A model generated the notes under the pieces. It was not told the origin of the DNA, did no database searches, and was given only the letters and a program-made list of their open reading frames with translations. The translations under genes were made by a program, and so were the position numbers. Positions 37,763 to 49,896 of a DNA stretch of 64,000 nucleotides are shown here, piece by piece. The stretch is from positions 2,112,001 through 2,176,000 of the forward strand of contig OY729431.1 of NCBI GenBank assembly GCA_963422395.1, written 5' to 3'. The stretch comes from Vicinamibacteria bacterium (lineage in GTDB: Bacteria; Acidobacteriota; Vicinamibacteria; Marinacidobacterales; Marinacidobacteraceae). Each line of letters opens with the position of its first letter. Positions within the stretch are counted from its first letter, which is position 1.

Positions 37763-37900
37763 ATGTCTGGTCAGCCTCCTCCCTTCGTACACCGCGACCC
37801 TTTCGATCGCGGGCTGGGATCGCAGACCATCCTGGGCGGAATGACCATCGTGACCCCCGACGATGCCTTCGCCCGTTACCCGGCCCCGCTCCTCTGGTAG
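37763..37900 (+). pseudogene. C-terminal remnant of a PIN-domain (VapC-like) toxin
   Basis: Translates as ...HRDPFDRGLGSQTILGGMTIVTPDDAFARYPAPLLW*. No N-terminal half or antitoxin is visible. Confidence 0.75.
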
Positions 37901-37922
37901 CGGAACGCCGATCCTCAGCGAT

Positions 37923-38411
37923 TCAATCCGGGGAAATCGTCCCGAACAGGAAGCCGCCGACCTCTCCATGGTTCCAGGTACCGGCATAGCGATCCCCGTC
38001 GAAGAGGATCGTCGCGCCGAATCCGCTGCCGAGCCCGGGGATCTCGGCGTCCACCAACCGGATCATCGGCACCTCTCCGGCCCAGAGAACGGGAACCACC
38101 ACCGGTAGCGTCACATCCACCCCGCCGTAAGTGATCCGGGCGTCGAAACGCCAGCGGCCCCCGTCGAGCTTGGTGACCGCGGCGATCTCGTAGCGATCTG
38201 CCGCGCTGCCCTCCCGCGGCTCCGGCCAGGCGACCGTGAACCGGCCTTCGAGCACGGCATCGCGCATCCGATCCACGAAACGCCGCTCCCGCTCTTCGAG
38301 AGAGGCGGCCGGAACGGTCCGGCCGATCCCGATCGCGGATGCGAGCCAGCCGGCTCCCCAAGCAGCGGCGAGCAGCACTGCGAGCGCCGCGATCTTCAGA
38401 ACTCTTCGCAT
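37923..38411 (-). CDS. Hypothetical exported protein
   Basis: Signal or TM N-terminus MRRVLKIAALAVLL; beta-rich body ending YAGTWNHGEVGGFLFG; host-like codon usage. Confidence 0.65.
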   Translation of the reverse strand: MRRVLKIAALAVLLAAAWGAGWLASAIGIGRTVPAASLEERERRFVDRMRDAVLEGRFTVAWPEPREGSAADRYEIAAVTKLDGGRWRFDARITYGGVDVTLPVVVPVLWAGEVPMIRLVDAEIPGLGSGFGATILFDGDRYAGTWNHGEVGGFLFGTISPD

Positions 38412-38481
38412 GGAGGGCCTCCCGAACCGGATCTCACCGTAGCACTTCGGAGGCGGCAGATACCGGTATCCTGATTCCGAC

Positions 38482-39852
38482 ATGGACCGCCGATCCGCGA
38501 CCACCGAGACGCTCCTGCGCCAGCCCTCCCCCGCCGAGCGGGAGGAAGCGGCCGCTTACCTGCGGCAGGCCGAACGGGAGGCGGCGCAGCCTGGGCGGCT
38601 TCCCGCCGGGACGAGCGGTCGAGCGGTCGAGTCCGCCGGCATCGTCGGCTTCGGAACGATGGGTCGGGGGATCGCGCTCTCCTTCGCGGCGGCCGGAATC
38701 CCGACGACCGTCTTCGAGGAATCGGAGGGTGCCTTCCGGCGTGGAGAGACGGCTCTTGCCGAGAGCCTCGCGCGCGCGGTGGCCCGAGGGCGGATCGAAG
38801 CCGGAGAGGCGGAGCAGCGCCAGCGGCGGATCCGCCGCGCCTCCCGTTTCGAAGAGCTCGGGGAGGCCGATTTCCTCGTGGAGGCGGTGTTCGAGGACCT
38901 GGCCCTGAAGGAGAACATCTTCGCCCGACTGGACCGGACCGCGAAGCCGGAGACGACCCTCGCGACGAACACTTCCTCGCTCGATGTGAACCGGATCGCA
39001 GCGGCTACTCGCCGCCCGCAGGCGGTTCTCGGCACCCATTTCTTCAGCCCGGCCCATGTCATGCGGCTCCTCGAAGTCGTCGTCGGGGAGAAGACTTCGA
39101 AGGACACCCTCGCTACCGCGATGGCTCTCGCCCGGCGTCTCGGCAAGGCGCCGGTGGCCGTCGGGGTCTCGGACGGCTTCGTGGGCAACCGGATGCTGTA
39201 CGCCTATCGGCGGCAGGCGGACCGGCTGCTGCTCGAGGGCGCGGCGGTGGAACGAGTGGACGGAGCGCTGCGCGAGTTCGGGTTCCGGATGGGGCCCTTC
39301 GAGACGGCCGATCTCGCGGGGCTCGACATCGGCCGAGCCGTCCGGCAACGCCAGGCCCGGGAAGCGGCGGATCGGGGAGAGCCGGCGCCGACGCCCACGG
39401 TGGCCGATCGACTCGCCGCCCGGGGCCGCCTCGGGCAGAAGACCGGGCGCGGTTTCTACCGCTATGAACCCGGGGACCGAACCGCGCGTCCCGACCCGGA
39501 GACCGCAGCAGCGGCCCGCCGGGAAGCGGCGGCGCAGGGGATCAGCCGCCGGTCGGTAGGTGTAGAGGAGATCCTCGAACGGTGTGTCTATGCGCTGGTG
39601 GACGAAGGGCTCCGGATCCTGGACGAAGGCGTCGCCGAACGGGCGGGCGATGTGGATGTGGTCTGGACTCTCGGCTACGGCTTCCCCCGGGAGCGGGGCG
39701 GCCCGCTCCACTGGGCAGAACGGGCGGTCGGCTTTCCGAGGATCGCGAAGACGCTCGCCGCCCATGCCCGGAGAATCCCCGACCCGGCACTCGAACCCTC
39801 GGCGGAGCTCATTCGCCGGGCTCGGGCGGTTCGGTTCGTGAAAGGGGCGTGA
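38482..39852 (+). CDS. 3-hydroxyacyl-CoA dehydrogenase (no hydratase domain)
   Basis: Motifs GIVGFGTMG, EAVFEDL..K, ATNTSSL, HFFSPA, GFVGNR and G.LGQKTG.GFY. Confidence 0.9.
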   Translation: MDRRSATTETLLRQPSPAEREEAAAYLRQAEREAAQPGRLPAGTSGRAVESAGIVGFGTMGRGIALSFAAAGIPTTVFEESEGAFRRGETALAESLARAVARGRIEAGEAEQRQRRIRRASRFEELGEADFLVEAVFEDLALKENIFARLDRTAKPETTLATNTSSLDVNRIAAATRRPQAVLGTHFFSPAHVMRLLEVVVGEKTSKDTLATAMALARRLGKAPVAVGVSDGFVGNRMLYAYRRQADRLLLEGAAVERVDGALREFGFRMGPFETADLAGLDIGRAVRQRQAREAADRGEPAPTPTVADRLAARGRLGQKTGRGFYRYEPGDRTARPDPETAAAARREAAAQGISRRSVGVEEILERCVYALVDEGLRILDEGVAERAGDVDVVWTLGYGFPRERGGPLHWAERAVGFPRIAKTLAAHARRIPDPALEPSAELIRRARAVRFVKGA

Positions 39853-39971
39853 TGCCGTGTTGCGCCTCGCTCCCTCGGGGGAAGAGGGAGAACGCCCCGC
39901 CCCCGAACCGCCCGGCGCTGCGCGCGGGAATCCGAACTGCTGCTGGCAGTCTGTGGATGAAGTGGCGAGAG
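39843..39971. repeat. Mosaic: inverted family B fragment fused to a family A left end
   Basis: B-like GGGGCGTGA...GGAATCCGAACTGCTG, then CTGG|CAGTCTGTGGATGAAGTGGCGAGAG at 39947. Confidence 0.75.
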
Positions 39972-39984
39972 ACCTGACGGCAGT

Positions 39985-40824
39985 TCAGGGAGCGGGGGAG
40001 AGGAAATTGGCCAGTGTCCACCAATTCGCAGTGATCCGCTCGCCGCCCGAAGCTGCTCCGATCCCGTAGGCCATGACGAGATCGTAGATCGCGCCGCCGT
40101 GCCCCGCGACTGCGGCGGAGAGGAAGATGGCGGGTTCCCCTTCATCCAGGATCACGCAGCGGCCGATCTGTCTGGCCGCCGACCAGAGGCTGGCGGCGCG
40201 GGGGAGGTTGCCGTCGAGCACGGCCTCCACGATGGGGGCGAGATCCTCGGGAGCACCGCAACCGACAGCGTTCGGCACTCCGGGAAGCTCGAAGGAGGAT
40301 CCGGTCGGGACCGGATCGAAGACCACTGGATCTCCGGGGGCGTAGTGCGCGAATACGCGGTGCTCGGGAAGGGGCAGCAGTTCCGGCACGTTCGGGTCGA
40401 GATCCGCTCCGCCCACGCGAAGGCTGGCGCCCGGGGAAAACGACAGCTCCCCGGCCGGGATGCCAACGCCGTCGCCGTCGTAGTCGCCGCGGCGGACCCG
40501 GTAACGGAACTCGAGCCTCTCTCCACTGATATCCATCAGCTTCGCTGGTTCGCGGGCGAGCCCCAGATCGAAGATCAGAAAGACATCGCCGGCCGCCTCG
40601 ACCGGCGCGCCGCTGGTGAGCCAGACTCCGAATCGAAGTTCCTCACCGGCGAGGTAGGTCTCGCCCGCCGCCGGCGTCGAGACGATCCCGACCCGATCCA
40701 CCTGCACGGTTCCCCGATCGGGAGTCTCGGGGTTCGCCGGACCCCCATCCCCGCCTCCACAGGAGCAAACGCCGAGAGCCCCGGACAGCAGCGCGCCGCC
40801 GGTGCTGAGGACCCGCCGGCTCAT
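39985..40824 (-). CDS. Hypothetical lipoprotein with an Ig-like beta domain
   Basis: Signal with Cys (GVCSCGGG). Motifs TYLAGEEL and LEFRYRV..GD.D.DG. Start overlaps the putP-like stop. Confidence 0.6.
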   Translation of the reverse strand: MSRRVLSTGGALLSGALGVCSCGGGDGGPANPETPDRGTVQVDRVGIVSTPAAGETYLAGEELRFGVWLTSGAPVEAAGDVFLIFDLGLAREPAKLMDISGERLEFRYRVRRGDYDGDGVGIPAGELSFSPGASLRVGGADLDPNVPELLPLPEHRVFAHYAPGDPVVFDPVPTGSSFELPGVPNAVGCGAPEDLAPIVEAVLDGNLPRAASLWSAARQIGRCVILDEGEPAIFLSAAVAGHGGAIYDLVMAYGIGAASGGERITANWWTLANFLSPAP

Positions 40825-42299
40825 TCACCGCGGCCCGTGCCGCCGGCGGCGGTCTCCACGAGCCGGGCGCCCTTCGGGTCCGGGGCAGTGAGCAGGCTCA
40901 CCACGATCGCCGCCGCGAAGCCGGCGGCGAAGCCAGGCACCATCTCGAAGAGGTCGAAGAAGTCCGCCTTGAACTGCAGGAACCAGATCACCGAAGTCCC
41001 GAATCCGGCCGCCATGCCGGCGACTGCTCCGGCGAGCGTCATCCGCCGCCAGCAGATTCCGAGGATCACCACCGGAGCGAAAGCGCAGCCGAGGCCCGAC
41101 CAGGAGAACAGCACGAAGAAGAAGATGACCCGCACTTCGGGGAGCGCCACCGCGAGACCGATCAGGCCCAGCAGCACGGTGGTCACCTTGCCGATGCGGG
41201 TGAGACCGAGACCGTCCCGGCCCACTCCGAAGACGCGCTGCAAGAGATCCCGCACCACGCTCGAGGAGGCGAGCAACAGCACCGAGTCGGCAGTGGACAT
41301 GATCGCCGCGAGGACTGCCACCAGCAGGAGGCCGGTGATGACGGGCGGCATGAGCTCCCCGGCGAGCAGCGGGAAGATGCCTTCCGGGTCGGCGATCCGG
41401 GGGTGGAGAGCCCGTCCCGCCATCCCGGTGAGAACCGCGCCGATGTCGAAGACCGCGATGGCGATCACCGCCATGACTCCACCCTTTTCGAGCGCCCGGC
41501 GGTCCTTGGCGGCCATGAAGCGCACGAGGAGCTGCGGCGCGCCGAGGAAGGCCAACCCGACGCCCAGATGGCTCAGGACGGTGGCGATCCCCTGCCCGCT
41601 GATCCCGTCGGCCCCCATCGGCAACAGCATCGCCGGCTCGATCTCGGCGAGGCGCGCCGCCACTTCGGAGAGGCCGCCCGCCTCCCGCACCGCTGCCCAG
41701 GGAAGCACGATCACCGCGAGCAGCATCAGGCTCGCCTGGAGCAGATCGCTCCACGCCACCGCCCGCAAGCCGCCGAGGCTGGTGTAGAAGAGGATCACCG
41801 CTGCGCCGAGGGTCACCCCGGCTTCATAAGAGATCCCCACGAAGGACTCGAAGGCCTTGCCGGTGCCGGTGAGCTGGGCGGCCATGTAGGAACCGGCCAT
41901 CGCCACGATCACCGCGGAACCGAGGATGCGGAGGATCTGCCGCCGGTCGGAGAAGCGCTCCTCCAGCCAGTCGGCCACCGTGATCGCCTCGAAACGGTCG
42001 GCGAGTCTGCGAAAGCGCGGGGCGACGAAGGTCCAGGCGATCGCTGCCGCCAAGACCTCCCCGAACACGATCCAGAGTGCGTTCGCTCCCAGCAGATACC
42101 CCATGCCGGTGAGCCCGAGCAGCAGCCAGGCACTCTCGCCGGTGCTGGCGGCGGAGAAGGCGACCACGATCGCCGGAAGCCGGCGGCCGGCGAGGTAGTA
42201 GCCGGCGAGATCGCGCGAACCTCGGGAACTCCAGATCGCGAGGCCGATCAGCAGCGAGAAATACCCCGAAACGATCGCCCAGATCGTCCAGTTCGTCAT
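40821..42299 (-). CDS. putP: Sodium:solute symporter, PutP-like
   Basis: Motifs YYLAGRRL, ESAWLLLGLTG, YTSLGGLRAVAWSD, GAPQLLVRFMA and AAIMSTADS. Substrate unverified. Confidence 0.85.
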   Translation of the reverse strand: MTNWTIWAIVSGYFSLLIGLAIWSSRGSRDLAGYYLAGRRLPAIVVAFSAASTGESAWLLLGLTGMGYLLGANALWIVFGEVLAAAIAWTFVAPRFRRLADRFEAITVADWLEERFSDRRQILRILGSAVIVAMAGSYMAAQLTGTGKAFESFVGISYEAGVTLGAAVILFYTSLGGLRAVAWSDLLQASLMLLAVIVLPWAAVREAGGLSEVAARLAEIEPAMLLPMGADGISGQGIATVLSHLGVGLAFLGAPQLLVRFMAAKDRRALEKGGVMAVIAIAVFDIGAVLTGMAGRALHPRIADPEGIFPLLAGELMPPVITGLLLVAVLAAIMSTADSVLLLASSSVVRDLLQRVFGVGRDGLGLTRIGKVTTVLLGLIGLAVALPEVRVIFFFVLFSWSGLGCAFAPVVILGICWRRMTLAGAVAGMAAGFGTSVIWFLQFKADFFDLFEMVPGFAAGFAAAIVVSLLTAPDPKGARLVETAAGGTGRGE

Positions 42300-42320
42300 C
42301 GCCGCAGGAGCACCGCAGTT

Positions 42321-42422
42321 TCAGGAGCGCCGGCTGCGCCAGGCGGCGCGGGCCGCGATCGCCGTGCCGGGAACGACGGACACCACCAGCAGCAGCCAGG
42401 TGGTCCAGGGGAAGCCGCTCAT
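42321..42422 (-). CDS. 33-aa single-TM small protein upstream of the symporter
   Basis: MSGFPWTTWLLLVVSVVPGTAIAARAAWRSRRS. ATG overlaps the upstream stop; ends 21 bp before the symporter ATG. Confidence 0.55.
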   Translation of the reverse strand: MSGFPWTTWLLLVVSVVPGTAIAARAAWRSRRS

Positions 42423-45400
42423 CGGCCCGGTCGGATCGGCCGGTCGTCGGCGCGGAACATCTCTTCGTCCATCCAGGGGTACCCGCCGTAGGGGCGCGCT
42501 CGGGGCCATATCTCGTCGAGGGTCTCCGCATCGTGGATCCGGCCGTCCTTGACGACGAGACGAAGGGAGGTCGTGGCGCGGATGTCTTCCAACGGGTTCT
42601 CGTCGAGCACCAGGATGTCGGCGAGCTTGCCCGATTCGATGGTACCGAGTTCGTGTTCGAGCCCGAGGAACGCCGCTCCCTGCCGCGTGCCGAGGTCGAG
42701 CGCCCCGAGCGGCCCCATCGCCGATTCCGCCATCCACACCTCCCAGTGCGAGCCGATGCCGTGGTGTTGGCCGTGGGAACCGATGGCGCCGGAGCCGCCC
42801 TCGGCCACGATATCGGCCAGCCCCTGGGCGAGCAGGGGGAAGCTGTAATCGGTGAGCGGGCGCAGCGGGCGCCGTCTGGTGTGCGGGACCAGCATCCGCC
42901 AGGGGAGCCAGCGCTGTTGCTTGGGATCGCGCCAGTTCTCGCTCTCCTGCCAGAAGTATTCCTCGTTCCAGGCCGACGGCCCTCCGACGACGAAGGTGAT
43001 CGAATACACGGTCTTCGTCCGCCCGAAGAATTTCGCCGCATCCTCGTAGAGCGGCACATAGGTCAGCGGGTGCTCCCAGCCGGTCTGCCCGTCGAGGATG
43101 AGCCCGATGTTGTACACGAGGCTGCCGCCCTCACCGGTGAGCATGAGTCCCTTCTCGCGGGAGAGCTCGGCGATCCACTGCCGCTGGTCGCGGCGGGGCT
43201 GCATGTAGGACTTGATCGCGGCGGCGCCCCAGGAGGCGAGCCGCTCGATGTCGTTCTCGGCGTCCTCGTAACTTCCGACCTCGTTCTGGCGGGCGCCGTC
43301 GCCGCTGTACATCGGATCGCCGGTGCTGAACATGCGGGGGCCCACCATTTCGCCGGCCTCGACGAGTTCGGCCGCCGAGAAGACATTCTGGGACCACATC
43401 GAGTTGTCGAGCGTGGTGGTGATCCCGTAGGCGAGATACACCGCCGCTTCCCAGTTTCGGCGGGGGAGGACGCCGGTGTGGTCCCGGTGATGGTGGGCAT
43501 GCATGTCGATGAGCCCCGGGATCAGCGTCTTGCCCGAGACATCCACACGCCGGTCGCCGCCTTCCGCGGCGCAGTCGCCGACACAGGCGATCCGGCCGTC
43601 CTCGATCCGGACGCTCCCTTCCTCGATGGTCCCGGCGGCCCCCAGAGTGACGATCCGGCCCCCGACGAGGAGCGCTGAACCCCGGGCCCGCTGCCGAGGC
43701 AGTTCGAGCATCACCTCATGATGGATCGTCGCCCGGTTTTCGGGATCGTAGGTGGTGATCCGCGGACCGCTGCCGAGGAAGAGCTGCCCCTGCGGGGTCC
43801 AGCGCGGGAACATCCCGCCATCGCTGGTGACCTGTCGGATCGGAAGGGAAGGACGCCGGCGTTCGATGTGCGGCGGGGCGGCGCCCGAACCAGGCCAGGG
43901 GAGCGCGGTGAGATACACGTTGTCGCCCTCGGAGAAAGCGACCCAGCGGCCGTCCGGCGAAGGCGCTGCTTCGTCGGCGAAGGGGAAGGTCAGGTGGACC
44001 CGGCGGTCGGATCCATCGGGCTCGACCGAAACCAGCCGGGTCACATCCTGCTGCCGGCCGTCGCGCTCCCAGCGCGACTGCTCCGGGAAGAACAGTCTCC
44101 CGTCGGGGCCGAACGAGGGGGCGACGATCTGGCGCCGCGGCATGAGCGGCCGGCCGGCGTTGAAAGGGCGCAGCGTCCGGGTGATGACGGCAGCCTCGCC
44201 GCCTGCTGCGGGAACCCGCACGAGGTCGTAGCGCAGGTTCTGGGACCAGGAACGCCCGCGGGCGGGAGCACCGACGCCGCGCGCGGCGACGATGCCGCTG
44301 CCGTCCGGGGTCCAGACCGGATGGATGTACTCGGAAGCGGTTTCGCTGAGGCGGGTCGGGACGCCGCCCTCGGCGGCAACTCTCCAGAGATGACCCTCCG
44401 CACCGTCCCAGGTCGCGTAGGCGATGGATGCCCCGTCGGGCGAAAACGCCGGGGAAAGCTCGTAGGCGGGGTCGTCCCCGTCGATCAGACGCTCCGGAGC
44501 CCCCTCCGGGAGCTCCATCCGGTAGAGCCGACCGGCAGCGTGGAACACTGCCGCCGAGCCGTCGGGCGCGACCGCCGGCCAACGGATCATCCGCGCCCGA
44601 AAGCTCTCTCCCGAGATGTCGAGATCGGCGCGCGCCTGAGCGGAGACCCGCCGTCGGACCTCGGCGACGAACGGGATCTCCTCCATCTCCCCGCTCGCCG
44701 CGGAAACCCGCACGATCCGGCCGCCGCGCGAGAGATAGAGCGCGGCGCTGTCCGGCGCCCAGGCGTACCCCGGCAGCGGGCGCTCGGTCTTCATGCCCTC
44801 TGCGAGATCGGTCTCGATGGGGTCGGCCAACAACCGCTCGGCCCCAGTCGTGAGGTCCCGGAGGAAGAGCGCGGTGCGGGGGCCGAAGCGGTGCCCCTTC
44901 CAGGAGATCGTTCCCCCGGGAATCCGGCGGGCGAACGCCAGATACCGCCCGTCCGGAGAGGGCTCGGGAGCGATGGCGCCGCCGCTCGACCCCTGGTACT
45001 GCTGCTGCGACTGCCCGGCGGTGACCTCGTACACCTCTCCGGTAGCGATGTCCAGCTTCCGGATCTGCATCGCCCCCCGCAGCAGGTCGCGCTCCCCGGA
45101 GGGCGCGTAATGGAAATAGAGGCCCCCTCCGGGGGAAGGCGCCGGCCAGTCGGCGCGGGGATAGTCGCTGCCCACCAGCTCGACGCCGCTGCCCCCTTCC
45201 GGATGGAAGAGATAGAGGCCCGCAGTGCGCGGCCGCGAGAGCGTGAACCGGCGGGCCACGATCCCCTGCCCGCCGGGCAGCCACGCCGGCGCCGAGACGC
45301 GGGCGTCCGGGTCCTCGCGCACCGGGCGGGGGTTTCCGCCGTCGGCATCCATCAGCCAGAGATTCGACTGCCCGCCGCGATCGGAGACGAAAGCGATGGT

Positions 45401-45733
45401 GCGTCCATCGGGCGACCAGCGGGGGTGGTAGTTGACCGCCACCCCGCTGTCCTGGGTCAGACATTCGGCGCGGCCGCCGTCCACCGGCAGCCGGTAGATG
45501 TGTCCGAGCAGGTCGAAGACCAGCGCGGCGCCGTCCGGCGAGACATCCAGCGACATCCAGGTGCCTTCCGAAGTCTCGAAGGCGAGGTCGTAGGCGTCGC
45601 CCCGCGCGAGGGTGGGGTCCCACCCCGAGTCGTCGGTTCGGCCGCCGGTCTGGGCGCCGGCCAGGAAAGCGGTCGACGCGAGCGCCGAGAGCGCGGCGAG
45701 ACCGCGCAGGAAGCACGGCACGGGATTCCGCAT
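42419..45733 (-). CDS. Secreted amidohydrolase with TolB/PD40 beta-propeller N-terminus
   Basis: Signal peptide. EGTWMSLDVSPDG and repeated P.WSPDG, then PGLIDMHAH, GSHGQ and GTIESGKLAD. Start trimmed to ATG 45733. Confidence 0.88.
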   Translation of the reverse strand: MRNPVPCFLRGLAALSALASTAFLAGAQTGGRTDDSGWDPTLARGDAYDLAFETSEGTWMSLDVSPDGAALVFDLLGHIYRLPVDGGRAECLTQDSGVAVNYHPRWSPDGRTIAFVSDRGGQSNLWLMDADGGNPRPVREDPDARVSAPAWLPGGQGIVARRFTLSRPRTAGLYLFHPEGGSGVELVGSDYPRADWPAPSPGGGLYFHYAPSGERDLLRGAMQIRKLDIATGEVYEVTAGQSQQQYQGSSGGAIAPEPSPDGRYLAFARRIPGGTISWKGHRFGPRTALFLRDLTTGAERLLADPIETDLAEGMKTERPLPGYAWAPDSAALYLSRGGRIVRVSAASGEMEEIPFVAEVRRRVSAQARADLDISGESFRARMIRWPAVAPDGSAAVFHAAGRLYRMELPEGAPERLIDGDDPAYELSPAFSPDGASIAYATWDGAEGHLWRVAAEGGVPTRLSETASEYIHPVWTPDGSGIVAARGVGAPARGRSWSQNLRYDLVRVPAAGGEAAVITRTLRPFNAGRPLMPRRQIVAPSFGPDGRLFFPEQSRWERDGRQQDVTRLVSVEPDGSDRRVHLTFPFADEAAPSPDGRWVAFSEGDNVYLTALPWPGSGAAPPHIERRRPSLPIRQVTSDGGMFPRWTPQGQLFLGSGPRITTYDPENRATIHHEVMLELPRQRARGSALLVGGRIVTLGAAGTIEEGSVRIEDGRIACVGDCAAEGGDRRVDVSGKTLIPGLIDMHAHHHRDHTGVLPRRNWEAAVYLAYGITTTLDNSMWSQNVFSAAELVEAGEMVGPRMFSTGDPMYSGDGARQNEVGSYEDAENDIERLASWGAAAIKSYMQPRRDQRQWIAELSREKGLMLTGEGGSLVYNIGLILDGQTGWEHPLTYVPLYEDAAKFFGRTKTVYSITFVVGGPSAWNEEYFWQESENWRDPKQQRWLPWRMLVPHTRRRPLRPLTDYSFPLLAQGLADIVAEGGSGAIGSHGQHHGIGSHWEVWMAESAMGPLGALDLGTRQGAAFLGLEHELGTIESGKLADILVLDENPLEDIRATTSLRLVVKDGRIHDAETLDEIWPRARPYGGYPWMDEEMFRADDRPIRPGR

Positions 45734-45772
45734 GGGGTTCCTCCGGGACGGACCGCATAATAAACGGCGCCT

Positions 45773-46843
45773 ATGGCCGGGCTCTCCCCTTCCGCCGGCC
45801 GCGGGGGCGCGCCGCCTTCGAAAAGGGCGGTGCAGCCTCCCGGCTGGGCCGAGGCGGAGGCCGCAGAGCGGCGTCTCCGCCGGGTCTTTCCGCCGAGTCC
45901 GCTGCTTGCGGCGCCCCCCGGGTTCGGTGAGCAGCTGTTTCTCAAGGCGGACACCCTGCTCCCCACCGGGTCCTTCAAGGTCCGCGGCGTCTGGAACGCA
46001 GTCACCGAACTCGACGGTGCGGCACTCGCCCCCGGTCTTTCGACGGTGAGCGCCGGCAACACCGCGCTCGCCCTCGCCTGGGCCGGCCGGCGGCTGGGGG
46101 TGCCGGCGCGCTCGCTGCTGCCCGAGACCGCCCCGGCGGCCAAGGTGGAGGCCTTTCGGGCCGCCGGCGGCGAGCCGCACCTCGTCCCCGTTTCCGAGCT
46201 GTTCCGCTTCCTGAAAGAGCGGCTCTGGGAGCGGGAGCCGTTCGCCTTCGTCCATCCGTGGATCGAACCCGCCGTCCACCGGGGCCACGCGAGTCTCGCG
46301 GTGGAGATTCTCGCCGCCGCGCCCGAAGCCGCATCGGTGTTCCTTCCCGTCGGCGGCGGCGGGCTCCTCACCGGAGTGGCGGGGGCGCTGAAGGACCGCC
46401 GGCCGGGGATTCGGGTGTTCGCGGTGGAACCGGCGGGCTGCGCCGCTCTCCACCAGAGCCTCGCGGCCGGACGCGCGGTCTCCGTTCCCTGCGAGACGGT
46501 GTGCGACGGCGCCGCAGTCCCCTACCTGACCGAGGAGCTCTACCCCGCGCTCTCCCGACTCGTGGATCGAACGATCCTGGTTCCTGACGAGGAAACGCTC
46601 GCCACCGCCCGCGACCTGCTGCTCGTCGGCAACCTCCTCACCGAGCCCTCCGGCGCACTGGCCGCCGCCGCCGCCCGGAGGGTTCCGCTCGCGGAGCGCG
46701 GACCGAGCGTATCGCTGCTCAGCGGGGCCAGCATCGACTCCGCGGGCCTCCGCCGCCTCCTGGACCTCGCCGGCCATCGACGATGCGGCGCCGCGCAGCC
46801 GACCGTAGAATTCGAACCGTGGTTGACGAAGACTCCTTCCTGA
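45773..46843 (+). CDS. PLP-dependent threonine/serine dehydratase family enzyme
   Basis: Motifs LKAD...TGSFKVRG, SAGNT, PVGGGGL and EPSGA. Confidence 0.85.
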   Translation: MAGLSPSAGRGGAPPSKRAVQPPGWAEAEAAERRLRRVFPPSPLLAAPPGFGEQLFLKADTLLPTGSFKVRGVWNAVTELDGAALAPGLSTVSAGNTALALAWAGRRLGVPARSLLPETAPAAKVEAFRAAGGEPHLVPVSELFRFLKERLWEREPFAFVHPWIEPAVHRGHASLAVEILAAAPEAASVFLPVGGGGLLTGVAGALKDRRPGIRVFAVEPAGCAALHQSLAAGRAVSVPCETVCDGAAVPYLTEELYPALSRLVDRTILVPDEETLATARDLLLVGNLLTEPSGALAAAAARRVPLAERGPSVSLLSGASIDSAGLRRLLDLAGHRRCGAAQPTVEFEPWLTKTPS

Positions 46844-46877
46844 CGGCCTCGATTCGACGAATCCCGCGGGACGGATC

Positions 46878-47714
46878 GTGAGTTTCTGGGGCACGCTGAT
46901 CGGCGGAACGCTCGGGTGGACTCTCGGGGGGCCGCTGGGCGCCCTGCTCGGGGCGGCGGTCGGCGCCAACATCGAGGGCCGCGCCCGGCACGAAAGGGAG
47001 TTCCGTTCGCCGCCGGGAGCCCCGCCGCCCCCTTCCGGGGCCCCGCCGCCGCCTCCGACTCGAGGGGACTTCGCCGAAGAGCGCCGGATCGCATTCTTCG
47101 TGGCCACCTTCGGGGTCATGGGCCATATCGCGAAGGCCGACGGGCAGGTCAGCGAGGAAGAAGCACAGCTAGCGCGCGAGGTCATGGCGGGCCTCGGGCT
47201 CGACGCCGAAGGCCGGAGCCTGGCGGTCCGGCTCTTCAACGAGGGGAAGTCTCCGAACTTCGCGCTCGACGCGGCGCTCGGGCAGCTGGCTCAGGTCGCG
47301 GGACAACGCCGCAACCTGCTGCGTGCCTTCATGGAGATCCAGTTCAAGGCGGCCTGGGCCGACGGCCTCGTCCATCCCGAAGAACGCCGGATCCTGAACC
47401 ACATCGGGGCCTTCCTCGGCTTTTCGCCGCCGGAGTTGGCGCAGATGGAGCGGGTGGCGAGCGCCGGACTCGCCTCGAGGCGGGCGACCCCCGAAGAAAA
47501 GCTCCAGGAGGCCTACGGCGTGCTCGGACTCCGCCGCTCGGCGAGCGATGCGGAGATCCGCTCGACCTACCGCCGGTTGATGCGCCAGCACCACCCGGAC
47601 CGGCTCGCGGCGCAGGGGCTGCCCGAAGAGATGAAGGACGAGGCCACGCGGCGCACCCAGGATATCCAGAAGGCCTACCAGACGGTCCGGGACGCCCGCC
47701 GCGCCGCCGCCTGA
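46878..47714 (+). CDS. djlA: Co-chaperone DjlA (TM-TerB-J domain)
   Basis: N-terminal GG.LG...[21 protein letters not shown], and a C-terminal J-domain with HPD. Confidence 0.92.
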   Translation: MSFWGTLIGGTLGWTLGGPLGALLGAAVGANIEGRARHEREFRSPPGAPPPPSGAPPPPPTRGDFAEERRIAFFVATFGVMGHIAKADGQVSEEEAQLAREVMAGLGLDAEGRSLAVRLFNEGKSPNFALDAALGQLAQVAGQRRNLLRAFMEIQFKAAWADGLVHPEERRILNHIGAFLGFSPPELAQMERVASAGLASRRATPEEKLQEAYGVLGLRRSASDAEIRSTYRRLMRQHHPDRLAAQGLPEEMKDEATRRTQDIQKAYQTVRDARRAAA

Positions 47715-47850
47715 CCGACTGCGCCCGACCGGAGACATCGAGCCGCGCGCGGACGAACCCCGAGTGTGGGGCCTCCGCCAGCAGCAGGAGCCGTCTTTCG
47801 GCTTTCCTCCGGGAGGGATCTCCAGGCGGGAACGGCGCCCGGGGGAGCGG

Positions 47851-49896
<2,046 letters not shown>

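Noticed and set aside
45734-47239. 1606-aa version of the amidohydrolase ORF
   Set aside because: The extra N-terminal 502 codons are antisense to the dehydratase and djlA. The signal peptide starts at ATG 45733.
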